In this document: piece by piece, positions 63,401 to 64,000 of the stretch
How the letters are laid out: every line of letters starts with the position of its first letter
How positions within the stretch are numbered: position 1 is the first letter of the stretch
Assembly (NCBI GenBank): GCA_017451385.1
Contig: JAFSPS010000008.1
Span: forward strand, 89,750 to 153,749
Direction: 5' to 3'
Length of the DNA: 64,000 nucleotides
Source of the DNA: Bacteroidales bacterium
GTDB lineage: Bacteria > Bacteroidota > Bacteroidia > Bacteroidales > P3
Position numbers and translations under genes: made by a program
Notes under the pieces: model-generated
What the model saw: only the letters and a program-made list of their open reading frames with translations
Databases searched by the model: none
Told to the model about the DNA's origin: nothing

Positions 63401-64000
63401 GCCCGGTGCACGCTTTGTCTCTACGCATCCCAAACAGGACAGTCTGCAATTCTTCGCCATACGAGGAGGCTATCTCTACGACAAGGCACAGCTCACCGCC
63501 AAGCAGGTCTTTCTGCTTGAGGTGGCCGATGCTGCTATTGCACCGTCTGGCGACACGTTGCATGTGGATGCTGATGCCGAGATGCGCGTAATCAACAAGG
63601 CCTCCATCCTTGCCGCTCGTGACAATAAATACCATGAGTTCTATGATGCCGATGTACTTGTGTCGGGCAACCAGTTCTATAGTGGTAAGGGATATATAGA
63701 TTACGTTGATGAGGAGAATCGCCATCAGCGCATCTTCATGGATGCCATAGCTCCAGACAATCGCGGTGTGACTGTTGCTACAGGCTTCATAGCCGATGAT
63801 GCTGGATTCACGCTTAATAACGCACTGGGATTTGCTGGCAATGTGCGTGTCAGTGCTGACACGTCGGCCTACTATCTGGAGGGCGGCGTTCGCCTCATAC
63901 ATAGTTGTCTGCCAGCAGACCAGATGGGCCTGTTGGCTTTCAAAGGTTTCATAGACCCGAAGAATGTGCAAGTGGAGGTGCCCGAACTGCCGGTGGACTG
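60453..64000 (+). CDS. giant secreted hypothetical protein (5' partial; continues beyond window)
   Basis: The frame is open from the ATG at 60453 to the window edge (>1182 codons) and is absent from the ORF track because it has no stop in the window. The signal peptide is MRIRQIWLLVVAMMVSGVLMAQ. Normal amino-acid composition contrasts with the His/Arg/Val-rich antisense ORFs 61164..62198, 62649..63065 and 63297..63971. Confidence 0.85.
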   Translation, partial: MRIRQIWLLVVAMMVSGVLMAQKNKGIELTAEGLPEQLLQQLNGSGKDSDRAKANAAIIEEFKSFYASRSNDEQQRLTAMFAPLVKNKIKSNDLAGLISGINTFYATPVGKSNVSGWLDCAEMLQKKGKNSKRLLDFADFAAQLAKDRTLCKFQSNLWQAQAGSTFTMSTDGVDVLVRFDTPIELYYGSKSDNGTIYGTTGTYYYLDNRWEGQGGRLNWDRTGLPTTVCWAVLNRYTSDTKFPKFSADSVLFTNTNYFKSPILGRVEDMLSNKKEPDKYNYPQFKSYQKDFKIKDILEGVDYEGTFMMNGGKMVPNDEKNPASLVFYRDGQRFISVKAAKFNITHTRLLVERASVVINLGGDSISNDGVSVRYQTTDKTVNIINDPQRNYYGPYTDSYHNLDIFCENISWRVGSDEVVFANLGSEGDVSFCSFESANYFSMRKARELQGIDEVNPTTLIYNYSKKKGVDGEFYVDEFAKAIHLDVVQARSMVHKLAGSGLVSFNESTQRVVCKPKLTAYVKAFNQVKNYDYDAIVLESSSKNGNARLDLSNNDLRVQGIKKFVVSDSQKVAIYPRKGQLVVHKNRDISFSGRIDAGRFVMFVTDGAFSYEKFHLDLPQVDSLYFYVKMFDKPDEERLVRTPLRGLVATIQIDESNNHNGLKATTGYPVLTSKEPSYVYYDVQDMQHGAYKKDNFYFTLDPFVVNNLDDFETDSLWFDGVLTSAGIFPEFREPLRVQPDYSLGFVRQTPPEGFPTYGGKGRFTNTIDLSYHGLHGRGRLDYLTSTTLSNAILFLPDSMYAVTDTFYVREEQGFPEIHNGRAIERWHPYEDSMQVAQMRGGTPFSMFHGESVLNGYVALMPQGAMASGSATVHVDGTLQSDHFALGTHEMDAKVSDFVLHSSLYDREAFRASNMKAHVDYKEHYADFTANDAIGRTELPVLQYLAYVDKFSWQMEKKSLDLMNSRSENTMGMEDTPLRDRVGKKMPGARFVSTHPKQDSLQFFAIRGGYLYDKAQLTAKQVFLLEVADAAIAPSGDTLHVDADAEMRVINKASILAARDNKYHEFYDADVLVSGNQFYSGKGYIDYVDEENRHQRIFMDAIAPDNRGVTVATGFIADDAGFTLNNALGFAGNVRVSADTSAYYLEGGVRLIHSCLPADQMGLLAFKGFIDPKNVQVEVPELPVD

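Noticed and set aside
1-64000. Mobile elements, prophage, integrative element, toxin-antitoxin or known defence operons
   Set aside because: No transposase, integrase, recombinase, phage structural, restriction-modification, Cas or toxin-like motifs were recognised in any ORF. No tRNA or attachment-site-like direct repeats were seen.

Overview
64-kb chromosomal window from a Bacteroidota bacterium. It looks Bacteroidales/Prevotellaceae-like, inferred from T9SS C-terminal sorting domains, TAnnTTTG promoter boxes, gene families and dcw gene order. The backbone is a minus-strand division/cell-wall operon at 10.97-26.82 kb: mraZ-rsmH-ftsL-ftsI-murE-mraY-[179-aa MurD C-domain remnant]-ftsW-murG-murC-[308-nt C-free tandem array]-ftsQ-ftsA-ftsZ. 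Housekeeping genes include apbE, a yicC-family gene, rsmE, dtd, a UvrD/PcrA helicase, yigZ, ribD, asnS, a mannose-1-P guanylyltransferase, thyA, an S46 dipeptidyl-peptidase and an LtaS-family transferase. Accessory content: four T9SS-sorted repeat proteins (one Cys-rich, three Listeria-Bacteroides-repeat proteins, two of them adjacent paralogues); an AT-rich three-gene exported-protein island (8.2-10.4 kb); an MBOAT/AlgJ-like O-acylation pair whose MBOAT gene is split by one in-frame TAG; a Ser/Thr kinase fused to BspA-type LRRs; an AlbA_2/HATPase_c_4 regulator-like gene; and the first ~1182 codons of a giant secreted protein running off the right edge. I saw no rRNA, tRNA, CRISPR, transposase/integrase or recognisable multi-gene defence operon, and I cannot point to a proven novel system. 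The most unusual directly visible features are the truncated, degenerate murD slot; two related cytosine-free 8-9-nt tandem arrays, one inside the dcw operon next to an ftsQ that lacks an ATG start; a strongly structured ~195-nt intergenic element downstream of ftsZ; and inverted multi-hairpin repeats at 5.7-5.9 kb. All homology calls are by-eye motif recognition, not database searches.
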